A stretch of 64,000 nt of DNA, taken from contig NIVC01001546.1 of NCBI GenBank assembly GCA_002269645.1, forward strand, positions 1 through 64,000. Direction: 5' to 3'. A program made the translations under genes and the position numbers. The number at the start of each line of letters is the position of its first letter. Position 1 is the first letter of the stretch. The DNA is from Macrostomum lignano. Taxonomy: Eukaryota. The notes under the pieces were generated by a model, which saw only the letters and a program-made list of their open reading frames with translations, was not told the DNA's origin and made no database searches. Shown in pieces: positions 26,101 through 40,072 of this stretch.

Positions 26101-28385
26101 AAACCAGACTACTTACCGAAGCTACTGGCTCAACTTACCAAATAGATTATTTAATGAGTATATACTAACTGAACTGAATCTATAAACCAGATTACCGAAT
26201 CTATAAACCAGATTACCGAATCTCCAAACCAGATTAGCAAATCAACAAACCAGATTAGCAAATCAACAAATCAGATTAGCAAATCAACAAATCAGATTAG
26301 CAAATCAACAAACCAGATTAGCAAATCAACAAACCAGATTAGCAAATCTCCAAACCAGATTAGCAAATCAACAAACCAGATTAGCAAATCAACAAACCAG
26401 ATTAGCAAATCAACAAACCAGATTAGCAAATCTCCAAACCAGATTAGCAAATCAACAAACCAGATTAGCAAATCAACAAACCAGATTAGCAAATCAACAA
26501 ACCAGATTAGCAAATCAACAAACCGGATTAACGAATACAAAACCCTGGCTACCGAATCTACAGATCGGGCTACCGAGACTACCAAGCGACTCACCAGGGA
26601 CACAGTTCAGCTGACAAGGGCTTATTGAGATTGGCCCCCTCCAGGCCAGACACGGGACAATAGCTAACGCAGTCCGGCTTAAACCCAACGGATTTCAAAT
26701 ATACGCCAAGTTTGTCGCGAATTTCAGCGAATCGAGTCTCGGACCATTTGGCCGTGTCCATCTTGTTGATGGCTACCACGAGCTGGCCGATGCCCAGACC
26801 CCTGGCTAGCAGGGCATGCTCTCGGGTCTGGCCGCCCTGGTCGAAGCCGCTTTCAAATTCGCCTCTGGTGGCGTTGATCACCAGCAGGGCGGCGTCCGCG
26901 GCCATGGCGCCGCTGATCATGTTCGGTATGAAGTCCTTGTGACCGGGGCAATCTAGAAGATTCACTAGCCGGTGACGCGTGCTCAGCTGACTACGAGCAA
27001 CGTCCATTGTGACGCCGCGTTGGCGCTCCTCTTCGCTTTCGTCTAGGACCCAGGCGAATTGGAAGCTGGGCTTGCCGGCCTTGCGGCACTCCTTTAATGT
27101 ATTTGGCAAGGAGAAGGCGATACTAAGAGTGAGGATAATAGGGATCTGAGTGGCTCGCCCAGCAACTGAGGATCTGGGAGGCTGGCTCAGCAACTGACAC
27201 TCTGGGAGGCTGGCCCAGCAACTGACACTCTGGGAGGCTAGCCCAGCAACTGACACTCTGGGAGGCTGGCCCAGCAACTGACACTCTGGGAGGCTGGCCT
27301 AGCAACTGACACTCTGGGAGGCTGGCCTAGCAACCGACATTCTGAGAAGCTGGCCCAGCGACTGAGGATCTGGGAGGCTGGCCCAACAACTGACACTCTG
27401 GGAGGCTGGCCCAGCGACTGAGGATCTGGGAGGCTGGCCCAACAACTGACACTCTGGGAGGCTGGCCCAGCGACTGAGGATCTGGGAGGCTGGCCCAACA
27501 ACTGATACTCTAAGAGGCTGGCCCAGCAGCTGAGGATCTGGGAGGCTGGCCCAGCGACTGAGGATCTGGGAGGCTGGCCCAGCAACTGAGGATCTGGGAG
27601 GCTGGCCCAGCAACTGAGGATCTGGGAGTTCAGGAAGTTCCAGCCAGGAACTCAAAGACAGAAATTCTAACCACAAACTTTACATATCAAGCTCTAATAC
27701 AACAGCTAGCAGTAAGTACGAGTATAATTGTCAGCCTCACCTGTTCATACCGGTGAATAACTTTCTGACTAACTGCGCCCAGCAGATACAACAAGTGGCC
27801 AATTAGCGTACTTTTACCGGCGTCCACGTGACCAATAATCACTAAATTAATCATGGCCCGGTCGCCCAAGCCAGCGCAATACCGTTTGTAGGCCTCCGCC
27901 GCAGCCGCCGCCGAAGCCGCCGAAGCTTCGGTCGAATCGCCGCCGGCAGAGTCAGGATCGGCGCCGTTTTTTCTAGGCGGCGCCGGGCTGGCGCTACGGG
28001 AGTTGCTGGCGCTACTAGCGGCCTGCTGCTGCTGCTGCTGTTTAGTCGAGAGTAGCCGAGGCGAAGGCGAAGGGACGGATGGCGAGACGGCTACGGCGCC
28101 GGCAAAACCAACTTTGACGCTGTGCGCCGGTCCAGCCGTAGCCACGTGAAGGCGCGCCATTTGTGGCGCCGGCGCCGATTGGGGTGGCTCCTCTTTGACG
28201 TCAGGCAGAGGAGGCTGGGTGATCCGGCCGCCCGTGTCCTTGTCCCGGACAAACAGGTAAGCGTTGGCGGTGGCCGGCGACACGCCGAAGGCCGGCTCGT
28301 CTTCGAACGAGTGGCCGAACGATTCGTCTACGTCGTAGTCTTCGTCGTCGTTTAAAGCGATATTTTTCACTCGACGACGGGACAT
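23139..28385 (-). CDS. HBS1L: HBS1-like translational GTPase; 4 exons; ~622 aa
   Basis: Exons 28385-27741, 27091-26595, 25986-25551 and 23429-23139 total 1869 nt with phases 0/2/0. Motifs: MSRRRVKNI...DDEDYD N-terminus, [61 protein letters not shown]. Confidence 0.95.
23465..25335. repeat. ~73-77-bp minisatellite, ~25 copies with a variable G-run, in HBS1L intron 3
   Basis: Unit GGAATCTAGTCCACTATACTAAATCTTATCAATTCAGAAATACGTGATTTGCCAACCTCTCCGGAG(G)nT; no unique spacers. Confidence 0.95.
26180..26530. repeat. 21-bp minisatellite (AAACCAGATTAGCAAATCAAC)n in HBS1L intron 2
   Basis: Tandem unit read directly. Confidence 0.92.
27140..27630. repeat. 28-bp minisatellite (GAGGATCTGGGAGGCTGGCCCAGCAACT)n in HBS1L intron 1
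   Basis: Tandem unit with GACACTCT variants; same family as 40362-40760. Confidence 0.92.
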
Positions 28386-28484
28386 GATGAGGCTGGCGAG
28401 GCAGAGGCTGGAAGCAGGGAATGGAGCATAGTCGATGGGGGTGGCTCAGAGAGACTAAAAAACGGTAGGGAAGGATGAGACTAG

Positions 28485-28725
28485 AGTACAAAAGGGTGAG
28501 ACTAGATCAGAGAACAGGATGGTGAGACTAGAGAACAGGATGGTGAGACTAGAGAACAGAAGGGTAAGACCAGAGTACAGGAGGGTGAGAACAGAGAACA
28601 GGAGCGAGAGACTAGAGTACAGGAGGGTGAGACTAGAGTACAGGAGAGTGAGAACAGAGAACAGGAGGGTGAGACTAGAGTACAGGAGGGTGAGACTAGA
28701 GAACAGAAAGGTAAGACTAAAGAAC
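28485..28725. repeat. 21-bp minisatellite (GAGACTAGAGTACAGGAGGGT)n upstream of HBS1L
   Basis: Tandem unit read directly. Confidence 0.88.
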
Positions 28726-29269
28726 AGGTGCGTAGGATTAAAAACACTACAAAGAGAACAATAACCAGAAATAAGATGAATAAGAGCAACAGGCGCATTG
28801 GTTCCTGGAGTACTGAATCAAACATGGCATGACCCAGCTTAATAATAGATTTTATTTTGTCATTCACAATCGGTCGCTTTTGATAGAAACAATGATCAGG
28901 GGTTTTCAAAGCTACTTATTATCGAGCCGTGCCAGAAAAAATGCCAGAAAAGGTGGGATAATCGGAATTAGACAGAGTTTCTAAGAATCGGTAGTTTATA
29001 CCCAGTGTCTAAGAATCAGGATTGGACAATGGCAGTTTCTAAGAATCGAGATTAGACAGGGTTTCTAAGAATCGGTAGTTTATACCCAGTGTCTAAGAAT
29101 CAGGATTGGACAATGGCAGTTTCTAAGAATCGAGATTAGACAGGGTTTTTAAGAATTGGAATTAGACTGAGACTTAATGTTTTGGATAGCGGGGATTTCA
29201 AGATTTAAGACTATAAAGGAAAAAGTATGTGGCATAACCAGTCGAACTAAAATGCCAGGAAAAACTCAG

Positions 29270-32200
29270 TTAAGCTGCCTTCTTGGCCGACTTCCGTCTC
29301 AGCTTAGCGGGAGGCGGCGAATCAGATTCCTCGCTGCTGGCCACTTCTTCCGGTTCGGCCACTTTGGCCGAGGCACTCGCAGCTTCCGGCTGTTCAGTTG
29401 GTTCGACATCACCATCCGACGAAGGCGGTAGCCAAACAATGCAACGGGTTGGCCGATAATTCGATTGCAAATCCAGACGGTGCAACAGGTTCAGATTGCC
29501 GGCCTTCTGGTTCAGGCTGGCCAGCACTATGCAGTTGGCGTCTCTGAAATTTAGTTATTATTATATAGATTTAGATTAGTAGCATTGATAATTCGATGAT
29601 TTTCCTTGTATTGCTACTGTCAGTAGTTCAGTTTGGATATAATTAAGTTAAAGTTTTTATACTTTTTAAAATACAATATAAAACAGAGATTTTTGCTTTT
29701 AAGTTGCAAAACTGCAAAGCCTAAATTTCAATTTTCACTATATTAAAATGGTTCGTCATTTCAGGTAGGTATCTATCTATGTGGATTTAATAAAATTAGA
29801 TTGAAAACCAATAGTCATTAAAATAAAACAGATGAAAAGTTACTTTTAGCTTTTGAAATCCTAATTAGTTTAAACTAAAACAGCTGCTTTTAGCTCCTAA
29901 AAACCTAAAACTAAAACATCTACTTTTAGTTCATAAAAACCTAAACTAAAACAGCTACTTTTAGTTCCTAAAAACCTAAACTAAAACAGCTGCTTTTAGC
30001 TCCTAAAAACCTAAAACTAAAACATCTACTTTTAGTTCATAAAAACCTAAACTAAAACAGCTACTTTTAGTTCCTAAAAACCTAAACTAAAACAGCTGCT
30101 TTTAGCTCCTAAAAACCTAAAACTAAAACATCTACTTTTAGTTCATAAAAACCTAAACTAAAACAGCTGCTTTTAGCTCCTAAAAACCTAAACTAAAACA
30201 GCTGCTTTTAGTCCCTAGTTTTAATTTTTAGGTACTAGAAAACCAAAACCGAAACCGGCACTTTTAATCCAAGACTAAATTTAAATTAAACAGCCAGCTA
30301 GCTTTGCCAGATATGCAAAAAAACAATTTGAAAACTTCTTATCCTCATCATTAAACGTACCTGCCAGTACACACGGCCGCAAGCATTTGCCGGTTTTTCT
30401 GACCCCGACCAGCTGCGTCCAACCAAGCGGTCGCGTCCTTGACTCGACCGACCGCCTCCTTCAACAGGTTGCCTTCAGCAATACGTTCTCCGCTAGTAGC
30501 TCTCAAGCAAGTCAGCACACCGTCTGAGCGACCAACAAGCATCGCGGTTTTACACTTTAACGAAGGCCAATCATCTGATGATAAAAATGAATCGTTGCTA
30601 ATCCTAGCACAGGTGACGGCAACTCCAACAGAGCTGCTGATTTTATTGATTTCCCAGCTGTGTTGGCACTCGCAGGTGTCGATGTTGTGCCAGTCTATTG
30701 AGTCGCTGTACACCAGAGCGAACACAGTTGAACTGCACCATAGAATTGAGTCCGGCTGGCGCTTCAGCTTCAGGGCGTAGCTGAGGGGGTTGAGCATGAT
30801 ATTGTGCAGTGAGCTGCTGTTGAAAGGCTATGACAAGTTGTTGTGGCACTGAGCTTCTCAGGGGCTGCTAACCCCTCCTCTACCCCCAGGGTTTCTCAAT
30901 TATGGCTGCTACCCCCTCCTCTACCCCCAGGGTTTCTCAATTATGGCTGCTACCCCCTCCTCTACCCCCAGGTTCCTCAATTATGGCTGCTACCCCTCCT
31001 CTACTCCCAGGGTTTCTCAATTATGGCTGCTACCCCCTCCTCTACCCCCAGGGTTTCTCAATTATGGGTGCTACCCCCTCCTCTACCCCAGGGTTCCTCA
31101 ATTATGGCTGCTACTCTATCTCTAGCCCCAGGGTTTCTCAATTATGGCTGCTACCCCCTCCTCTACCCCCAGGGTTTCTCAATTATGGGTGCTACCGCCT
31201 CCTCTACCCCGGGGTTCCTCAATTATGGCTGCTACCCCCACCTCTACCCCAGGGTTCCTCAATTATGGCTGCTACCCCCTCCTCTACCCCCAGGGTTCCT
31301 CAATTATGGCTGCTACCCCCACCTCTACCCCAGGGTTCCTCAATTATGGCTGCAACCCCCTCCTCTACCCCCAGGGTTTCTCAATTATGGCTGCTACTCT
31401 ATCTCTAGCCCCAGGGTTTCTCAATTATGGCTGCTACTCTATCTCTAGCCCCAGGGTTCCTCAATTATGGCTGCTACTCTATCTCTAGCCCCAGGGTTTC
31501 TCAATTATGGCTGCTACTCTATCTCTACCCCCAGGGTTCCTCAATTATGGCTGCAACCCCCTCCTCTACCCCCAGGGTTTCTCAATTATGGCTGCTACTC
31601 TATCTCTAGCCCCAGGGTTTCTCAATTATGGCTGCTACCCCCTCCTCTACCCCAGGGTTTCTTAATTATGGCTGCTACCCTCTCCTATTACCCCCAGAGT
31701 TTCTCAATTATGGCTGCTACCCCCTTCTTTACCCCCAGGGTTCCTTGATTATGGCTGCAACTCTATCTCTAGCCCCAGGGTTCCTTGATTATGGCTGCAA
31801 CTCTATCTCTAGCCCCAGGGTTTCTCAATTATGGCTGCTACCCCCACCTCTACCCCCAGGGTTCCTCAATTGAATGAATGAGTGATTTTAATAAACGTGT
31901 CATACTCTATTGTTTTACATTTCCTATATAAACCTACATGTAATAAAAGTGTTTTCTATAGAATGAAGAACAGATATGCAAGATAAAACAAATAATTTTA
32001 ACCCAGGGTCATCAAGCTTGCGATAAACAGGAGAGCCAAGAAGATCAGAGCCATTAGAACAGTTACAAGCTGTGTAAACATACATAGAAAACCCGTGTTA
32101 TAGCTAGCTACTGTCAGAAATGCACCTGTTTATAAATTGCTGCATCAAATTAAGATGAAACAAACTGCAAGTTCCAGTGCTAATAAAAATGTTCACTTAT

Positions 32201-33260
32201 AATATATAGCAAACCCTATGTCAGACCCCTAGCGTTAATTTCACACTTTTAACTATAAAAATCTATTTTCTCACTAAACTTATCTACTAGATTCTTAGAA
32301 CAGATCAAGGACGATTCTTAGAACAGTTCAAGAGCGATTCTTAGAAAAGTTTAATGACGATTCTTAGAACAGTTCAAGAGCGATTCTTAGAAAAGTTTAA
32401 TACGATTCTTAGAACAGGTCAAGGACGATTCTTAGAAAATGTCAAGGGCGATTCTTAGAACAGGTCAAGAGTAATTCTTAGAAAAGTTCAGGGACTATTT
32501 TTAGAACAGATTAAGCGCGATTCTTAGAACTGTTTAAGGCCGATTCTTAGAACAGGTCAAGGGCGATTCCAAAAACAGGTCAAGGGTCATTCATAGAACA
32601 GGTCATGGACGATTTTAAAACAGTTTAAGGGCGATTCTTAGAACAGGTCAAGGGCGATTCTTAGAACAGGTCAAGGGCAATTCTAAGAACAGGTCAAGGG
32701 CGATTCTTAGAACAGGTCAACAGAATTTGAACAGAATAACAAAGCAAACAAGCCGGCACTCACGCCTGCCTTCCTCGTATGAGATTCCAGGCACGCAGGG
32801 TGCAATCGTCCCCAATAGACAGAGCCAGCCGACCCGACTGGTGCACTGCCAGAGATCTGACGGCCTCCTTATGCCGACGCATTGTCCGAAGGCACTCCCA
32901 GCCGCGGCAAGACCAAATCGCTAAGCTCTTATCGCTGCTGCAGCTTAGCAGATGAGAATCGCCAAAGAATGCCAGATCCGTAACTCCGCCTTCGTGCTGC
33001 ATCAACTGGCCCAGCTTGCGCAGATTAGACAGATTGTACAGACTAATCTGTTCGTCTCGAGAGCCGCTGGCTAGCCGGCCATTGGGAGACACAGCTAAAC
33101 AAGCTATCGCCTTCAGGTGCGCCGACGCTTCGGTGAATAGAGGCCGAAGTGTACGCGAAAGCGACGAAGATTGATCAGACGGAGTGTCTGCTGACAGATT
33201 GCTGACTGAGTAACCGGCTAGGCCACCCTCTAGGGTGCCGATCACCAGGACTGGGGCGGA
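29270..33260 (-). CDS. PAK1IP1: PAK1-interacting protein 1 (Mak11-like WD40 ribosome biogenesis factor); 3 exons; no genomic ATG
   Basis: Exons 33260-32764, 30780-30361 and 29543-29270 total 1191 nt with phases 2/2. Motifs: VLVIGTLEGGLAGY, LASGSRDEQISLYNL, HEGGVTDLAF, HQSGRLALSIGDDCTLRAWNLIRGRQA-YALK; acidic/basic tail. Confidence 0.88.
29865..30215. repeat. ~35-bp minisatellite in PAK1IP1 intron 2
   Basis: AAAACCTAAACTAAAACAGCTGCTTTTAGCTCCTA tandem. Confidence 0.9.
30865..31870. repeat. ~39-bp minisatellite in PAK1IP1 intron 1
   Basis: CCCCAGGGTTTCTCAATTATGGCTGCTACCCCCTCCTCTA tandem; explains the many MAATPSSTP ORFs. Confidence 0.92.
32285..32720. repeat. ~21-23-bp minisatellite (GATTCTTAGAACAGGTCAAGGGC) in PAK1IP1 intron 1
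   Basis: Imperfect tandem unit. Confidence 0.85.
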
Positions 33261-33349
33261 CTTGTCACGTGACAGCAATTTTAGTAGCAATAAAATTAGT
33301 TTAATGAGAGATAATGCACTGCTAGATAAGCAGATTGACTTAGGAACAA

Positions 33350-34435
33350 TTTTTTGAGAACACTATTCCATTCTGAGAACACTATTTCATTCTGAGACTG
33401 TTTCTGAGAACACTATTCCATTCTGAGAACACTATTTCATTCTGAGACTGTTTTTGAGAACACTATTCCATTCTGGGACTGTTTTTGAGAACACTATTCC
33501 ATTCTGAGAACACTATTTCATTCTGAGACTGTTTTTGAGAACACTATTCCATTCTGAGAACACTATTTGACTCTGAGACTGTTTTTGAGAACACTATTCC
33601 ATTCTGAGAACACTATTCCATTCTGAGACTGTTGTTGAGAACACTATTCCATTCTGAGACTGTTGTTGAGAACACTATTCCATTCTGAGACTGTTTTTGA
33701 GAACACTATTCCATTCTGAGACTGTTTTTGAGAACACTATTCCATTCTGAGACTGTTTTTGAGAACACTATTCCATTCTGAGACTGTTGTTGAGAACACT
33801 ATTCCATTCTGAGACTGTTTTTGAGAACACTATTCCATTCTGAGACTGTTTTTGAGAACAATATTTCATTCTGAGACTGTTTTTGAGAACATTATTCCAT
33901 TCTGAGACTGTTTTTGAGAACCCTATTCCATTCTGAGACTGTTTTTGAGAACACTATTCCATTCTGAGACTGTTGTTGAGAACACAATTCCATTCTGAGA
34001 CTGTTTTTGAGAACACTATTCCATTCTGAGACTGTTGTTGAGAACACTATTCCATTCTGAGACTGTTTTTGAGAACACTATTCCATTCTGAGACTGTTTT
34101 TGAGAACACTATTCCATTCTGAGACTGTTGTTGAGAACACTATTCCATTCTGAGACTGTTTTTGAGAACACTATTCCATTCTGAGACTGTTTTTGAGAAC
34201 AATATTTCATTCTGAGACTGTTTTTGAGAACATTATTCCATTCTGAGACTGTTTTTGAGAACCCTATTCCATTCTGAGACTGTTTTTGAGAACACTATTC
34301 CATTCTGAGACTGTTTTTGAGAACACTATTCCATTCTGAGACTGTTTTTGAGAACACTATTCCATTCTGAGACTGTTTTTGAGAACACTATTCCATTCTG
34401 AGACTGTTTTTGAGAACACTATTCCATTCTGAGGC
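33350..34435. repeat. 31-bp minisatellite (GAGAACACTATTCCATTCTGAGACTGTTTTT)n upstream of PAK1IP1
   Basis: Tandem unit read directly. Confidence 0.94.
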
Positions 34436-35149
34436 TCTAGTGAATAACGTTAGTAAAATAGTAACACACGAAGAACATGTTAATGCCAAAACAGCTAGTA
34501 ACTAAGGGATCATTATGCATATTTTGTATTTGTATAAATATTATTGGTATAATTAATGAAAAAACTTGATTGCACCTCAATAAGCTACTACAGGCTACTA
34601 ATAATGTCTCAGTATCAATAGAATACAAATAGAATAAGTATATTGTAATATATAATAAACATAAGGCTATAAACTCTAAGCAAAAAACTCGAATGATTCC
34701 AATCGAATGTTTGGCGTAAAGAATACCAAAAAAGATTGCTTTATGAAAATATATAAAATAGTCGATATATTGTTGAAAAAAACTTGTCTGCAAAAAATCT
34801 AGAGGCACTACTTGTAACCTAATGGAGTATATAATGAAGATTGATAATGCGTACTGATCAAAGAGAACTACAAGAACAACAAAAAACAATACCTATTGCA
34901 CTCAATATCATAAATTTTATTGTTAACTGGAGATTCATTGTTGCATATAAAATGGGATTGAAAACGTCTAGCAATGGCCTAAATTGCCAATAAATCACCA
35001 TAAAATAGATGCAAACCTATTCAGTATTAGTATTGATAATTCTATAGTAAGCACTAGAATTTATGGTATAAATATTATGTTGGATATACGATGGGCAGCC
35101 TTCACCAGACAGATGATATGACAAATTAAATAGACAAACTGGAATAGGA

Positions 35150-35720
<571 letters not shown>

Positions 35721-35808
35721 TCCAGAGCAGCTAACAGATATAGATAGTCAACAAAGCTCCCCATATGCCCATACTGCTGTTAGTAGCAGCTGACGCGAAG
35801 CCCGCAGT

Positions 35809-37342
35809 CTAAGCCGGCAGCACTTCAGTCTTGAAGTCCTTAGTAACCAGGATGAGCAGGCTGCCGGACTGCGGCACGTCGGCGGCCCCGCTGACCCAGT
35901 TGGCAAGCAGGTCGGCCACAAAGCTCAGCGGAGTCCACTCGCTGAGGCCGGCCTCGCCCATGGCCCGCCTGTTAGCCGGGGTGTCCAGCGTGACGGGCAG
36001 GATAGCCAGGGCGCGGGCGCCGCTGGGTAGGCCCGAGTTTTTCTCGGCAAGCGAGCGAACCTGAGGCCAAATAGGCGAGGTTTGATACAAAATGTGAATA
36101 AGAACACATTGAATGAAAGAAAAGATGAGATAAAGGTAGCGGTTTGAAGAGAAGGAATCCGATCAAGAGAAGAAAATTAAGGGATCAAATGAAGGGCATG
36201 AAGAGATCGGATAAAGGGCATAAGTGGAATGAAAGGATCGAATGAAAGGAAGGGAATGAAGGGATCAAGTGAAGTGAATGTAGGGATCATATGAAAGGAA
36301 TAAAGGGATCAGATGAATGAATGGAATGAAGGGATCAGATGAATGAAGGGAAAGAAGGGATCAGATGAATGAAGGGAATGAAGGGATCAGATGAATGAAG
36401 GGAATGAAGGGATCAGATGAATGAAGGGAATGAAGGGATCATATGAATGAAGGGAATGAAGGGATCAGATGAATGAAGGGAATGAAGGGATCAGATGAAT
36501 GAAGGGAAAGAAGGGATCAGATGAATGAAGGGAATGAAGGGATCAGATGAATGAAGGGAATGAAGGGATCAGATGAATGAAGGGAAAGAAGGGATCAGAT
36601 GAATGAAGGGAATGAAGGGATCAGATGAATGAAGGGAATGAAGGGATCAGATGAATGAAGGGAATGAAGGGATCAGGTGAAGGGAATTAATGGATCGAAT
36701 GGCAGGAAAGGAATAAAGGAATCAGATGAAGGGAATGAAGGGATCATGCGAGAATCATAAAGGGATTCGATAAAGGTCATAAGGGATAAAGGGCATAAGT
36801 AGAATGAAGGGACCGGACAGAAATACTAAAAATGCAGTTGGCACACAGACAGACGAGGGGCCGCTCACCAGGTGATGCACGGCAGCCTTGGCCATGCCGT
36901 AGCCAATCATGCCGGGCGTCGGTCCCAACGCCGGCTGGGCGCCGGTGAGCAGCAGCAGCGAGTCCTTGGAGTCCAGCAGGTGCTTGGCGGCCAGAGAGGC
37001 GGCAATAACGCTAGTCCAGACCGACTGCTTCAGCACCAAGTCGCAGTTGGCAACGAACTTGTCGCTGCCAGCGTCTCCGCCGGCCCAGCCGCCGGCAACG
37101 CAGATCACGGCGTCGAGTTTAGCGCCGTCCAACACTTTGGCAACGTCGGCGGCTACGCCGGCGTGTTGATCGGTTAGACTGCCGCTAGAAGGCGACACGG
37201 CTACGCTAGCATCGGCGTCGGGATTGTCAGCGCCGATGTCTACGCTGCACACCCAGCAGCCCAGCTGCTTGAATTTCATTACGCAGGCTGAGCCAAGGGC
37301 GCCGCGACCGCCGTACACGAGGATTCTTTTAGTTGAGGACAT
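35809..37342 (-). CDS. QDPR: Dihydropteridine reductase (SDR family); 2 exons; ~241 aa
   Basis: Exons 37342-36869 and 36060-35809, phase 0. Motifs: ILVYGGRGALGSAC, ICVAGGWAGG, KQSVWTSVIA, TPGMIGYGMAKAAVHHL-VRSLA, ILPVTLDTPANR. An alternative upstream in-frame ATG lies at 37360. Confidence 0.96.
36150..36750. repeat. 26-bp minisatellite (GAAGGGAATGAAGGGATCAGATGAAT)n in the QDPR intron
   Basis: Tandem unit read directly. Confidence 0.92.
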
Positions 37343-37434
37343 GTTGCTTTTGGCTTGCATGAATTGGGGGGAATTGCTGCTGTTAGTGCCGCCAATGTAG
37401 GTGATTGTAGGAGTTTACTGTCACTGCCACCCAT

Positions 37435-37885
37435 CATCAGTGTCACTCGCCTATCAGTCTGTCACACTTACTCAGTGTCACTCCTCACTCACTCAGTCAC
37501 ACCCACTCAGTGTCACTCTTCACTCACTCTGTCACTCCTACTCAGTGTCACTCCTCACTCACTCTGTCACTCCCACTCAGTGTCACTCCTCACTCACTCT
37601 GTCACTCCCACTCAGTGTCACTCGTCACTCGCCCTGTCACTCCCACTCAGTGTCACTCCTCACTCACTCTGTCACTCCCACTCAGTGTCACTCCTCACTC
37701 GCCCTGTCACTCCCACTCAGTGTCACTCCTCACTCACTCTGTCACTCCCACTCAGTGTCACTCCTCACTTGCCCTGTCACTCCCACTCAGTGTCACTCCT
37801 CACTCACTCTGTCGCTCCCACTCAGTATCACTCCCACTCAGTGTCACTCCTCATTCACTCTGGTCACCTTTCAATCACTCACTCT
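37435..37885. repeat. 35-bp minisatellite (CACTCACTCTGTCACTCCCACTCAGTGTCACTCCT)n upstream of QDPR
   Basis: Tandem unit read directly. Confidence 0.92.
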
Positions 37886-38554
37886 GTCCGGTAAAAACTA
37901 GAAGAAATGATAAAGTCAACGCATTCGACACGATTAAAATAGATAATGCAATTAGCCATATATATAATAATTAATGTATTACCTGCAGATGAATGGTCAC
38001 AAATCAGAATAAAAAATCTATATTACGCGCATATCAGATTCATATCTACTATAGTGGACAACAGCTAACACGAAGGCGCATTGTTTAAATGTTAGCGCTA
38101 AAAGTTACTATTAAAACGAAAGTTGAAATCAATAAAAAATGATTGGAATTATAATTTTGAGAAACGAATTACAACGGCACAATTGTTCAGCGTGGCCATC
38201 TAGCAGACACAGCAGCACTAGCGAAATTCATTTTAATAATAATTATGCCTAAGTCGGGAACAAACCAATACAACTTCAAGGCGGACAGCAGACAGAATGA
38301 AATATTCCAGAACTATAATGAGATAGTACTAAGGTGTCGGTTCATACTACTGGCACACTGGTTGTCCATTTAAACAATCATAATTGCAATTAGAAATTAA
38401 AATTGAAATTCTACACTAAAATAGACAACCGGACAAATTGGATACACCTGGCGAAAGGACACCTTTCTATGCACACGAAATCCTAGTGTAACCTCAACGC
38501 AACTGAAAGCACATTATAACGGGAATGGTGCACATTTATTAAAGCGCGCGGAGC

Positions 38555-38850
38555 AAGTGTACATTCGAGTAAGAGATTGGGGTGAGAGAGTCGGGGGGGT
38601 GGGGCTAGTAAGGAATAATGTACATTGGAGTGAGAGAGTGGGTGGGGTTAGTCGGGAACAATGTACATTTGGGTGGCAGAGTGGGGGCTGGTCGGGATCA
38701 ATGTACATTTGGGTGGTAGAGTGGGGGCTGGTCGGGATCAATGTGCATTTGGGTAAGAGTGGGAGCTAGTCAGGAGTAATGTACATTGGGGTGAAAAATG
38801 AAAAATAATCTAGGGACTAGTCGGGAACAAAGTACATTAGCTGTACACTG
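38555..38850. repeat. Degenerate ~40-bp tandem repeat
   Basis: AATGTACATTTGGG...GGGCTGGTCGGGATC recurring. Confidence 0.7.
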
Positions 38851-40072
38851 GGAGAAATTAGAGTAAATTTGCTTTTTCGATTAATTATTATTCATCACAC
38901 GTGTTCACATAATGATAGACAACAGAATAATCTAAATAGTATTGCACGCTTACAATATTTTTATAAACTTGTGACACACACTCGCATACAATAGGGGCAC
39001 ATTTCCGTACACATAGATAAGTTCCTATACCTGTTTATAAAATAATTAAGTATGTAACGATAGAAAAGAAATCAAAAGGAAGGTAATTATGGAAGTTAAA
39101 AAAACATAGCTGAGGCTAAACTCCAACTGTAAATAATCATCTTTGTTCAAATTGTTTGTTCGATTTAGTGGTAAATCTACATACTAAATTTCATGCTATA
39201 AATTATTACCAGTAGACATAATGATTTTTGTAACCAAGGTAATTACTACTGGACTACCAATCACAAAAGCCGTTACATCAGTGAGTGATTCTTCACAACA
39301 CACAAATGAGCGGACAAAAACACACCTTCTTTTCCTTACTTGAGTCCGTCCACTCAGGGAGAATAAAGGGGACAAAAAATGACTAATTACAAGGATTTTA
39401 ATAAAAGCAAAGTTTTTTAAATAAAATACTTTGATGTTTAATATTGGTCGGTCGGTCAGGTCAGCTTAGACACAAATCTATGGAATGAAGGAGAACAATC
39501 TATAAGAACAATAATGTAAGTTCACTCCACTCTGAAGCTACATGTATGCGCGTGAGTGCACCTGATAGTTAAAAAGCGGCTTTCCCGACTACTCAATCAA
39601 TCAATTTCAAGCAAAAGGGACACCTTTGACATTCACAATATAACTGACACTATAGAAACTTATAATATTAATAATAAAAAAATATTCGACGATCTGAGGG
39701 CACTTGCGTCACTTGATGAATCAGAGTCACATCTCTAGCGTAAGTTAAGCGGCAACACAACGATTCTTGGACGACTCTTTCACGACTCTACACCTCACAT
39801 GACACGCATATGACGCAACAGTCGCCTATCCGTCACACTAGACGCGTTTGAGTCGTTAAAAAAGTCACAAGATCGCCCCAGTGGTGTGCCTTGAAGGTCA
39901 GTCAGACGCGTTTACCAACTGAGCTGCTCTGCCAAAGCACTCGTGGCATTATCTATTCAATCAAACGACATAGCCGCTAACAAAAGCAAAATAAAAAAGC
40001 CTACAACAATTAATCAGTAGGTGAATTTCACAAGAAATTAAAAACAAACAAGCACTGGCTGACAAAATGGAA

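Noticed and set aside
27687-27740. SKI7-like short HBS1L isoform by intron 1 read-through
   Set aside because: Read-through adds only 17 unremarkable residues after the GTPase G1 motif; I see no exosome-binding motif or alternative exon.
34437-34889. Hydrophobic 150-aa ORF (also 22242..22526) as a membrane protein
   Set aside because: AT-rich low-complexity intergenic DNA gives Phe/Ile/Leu-rich frames by chance; no recognisable domain or splice structure.
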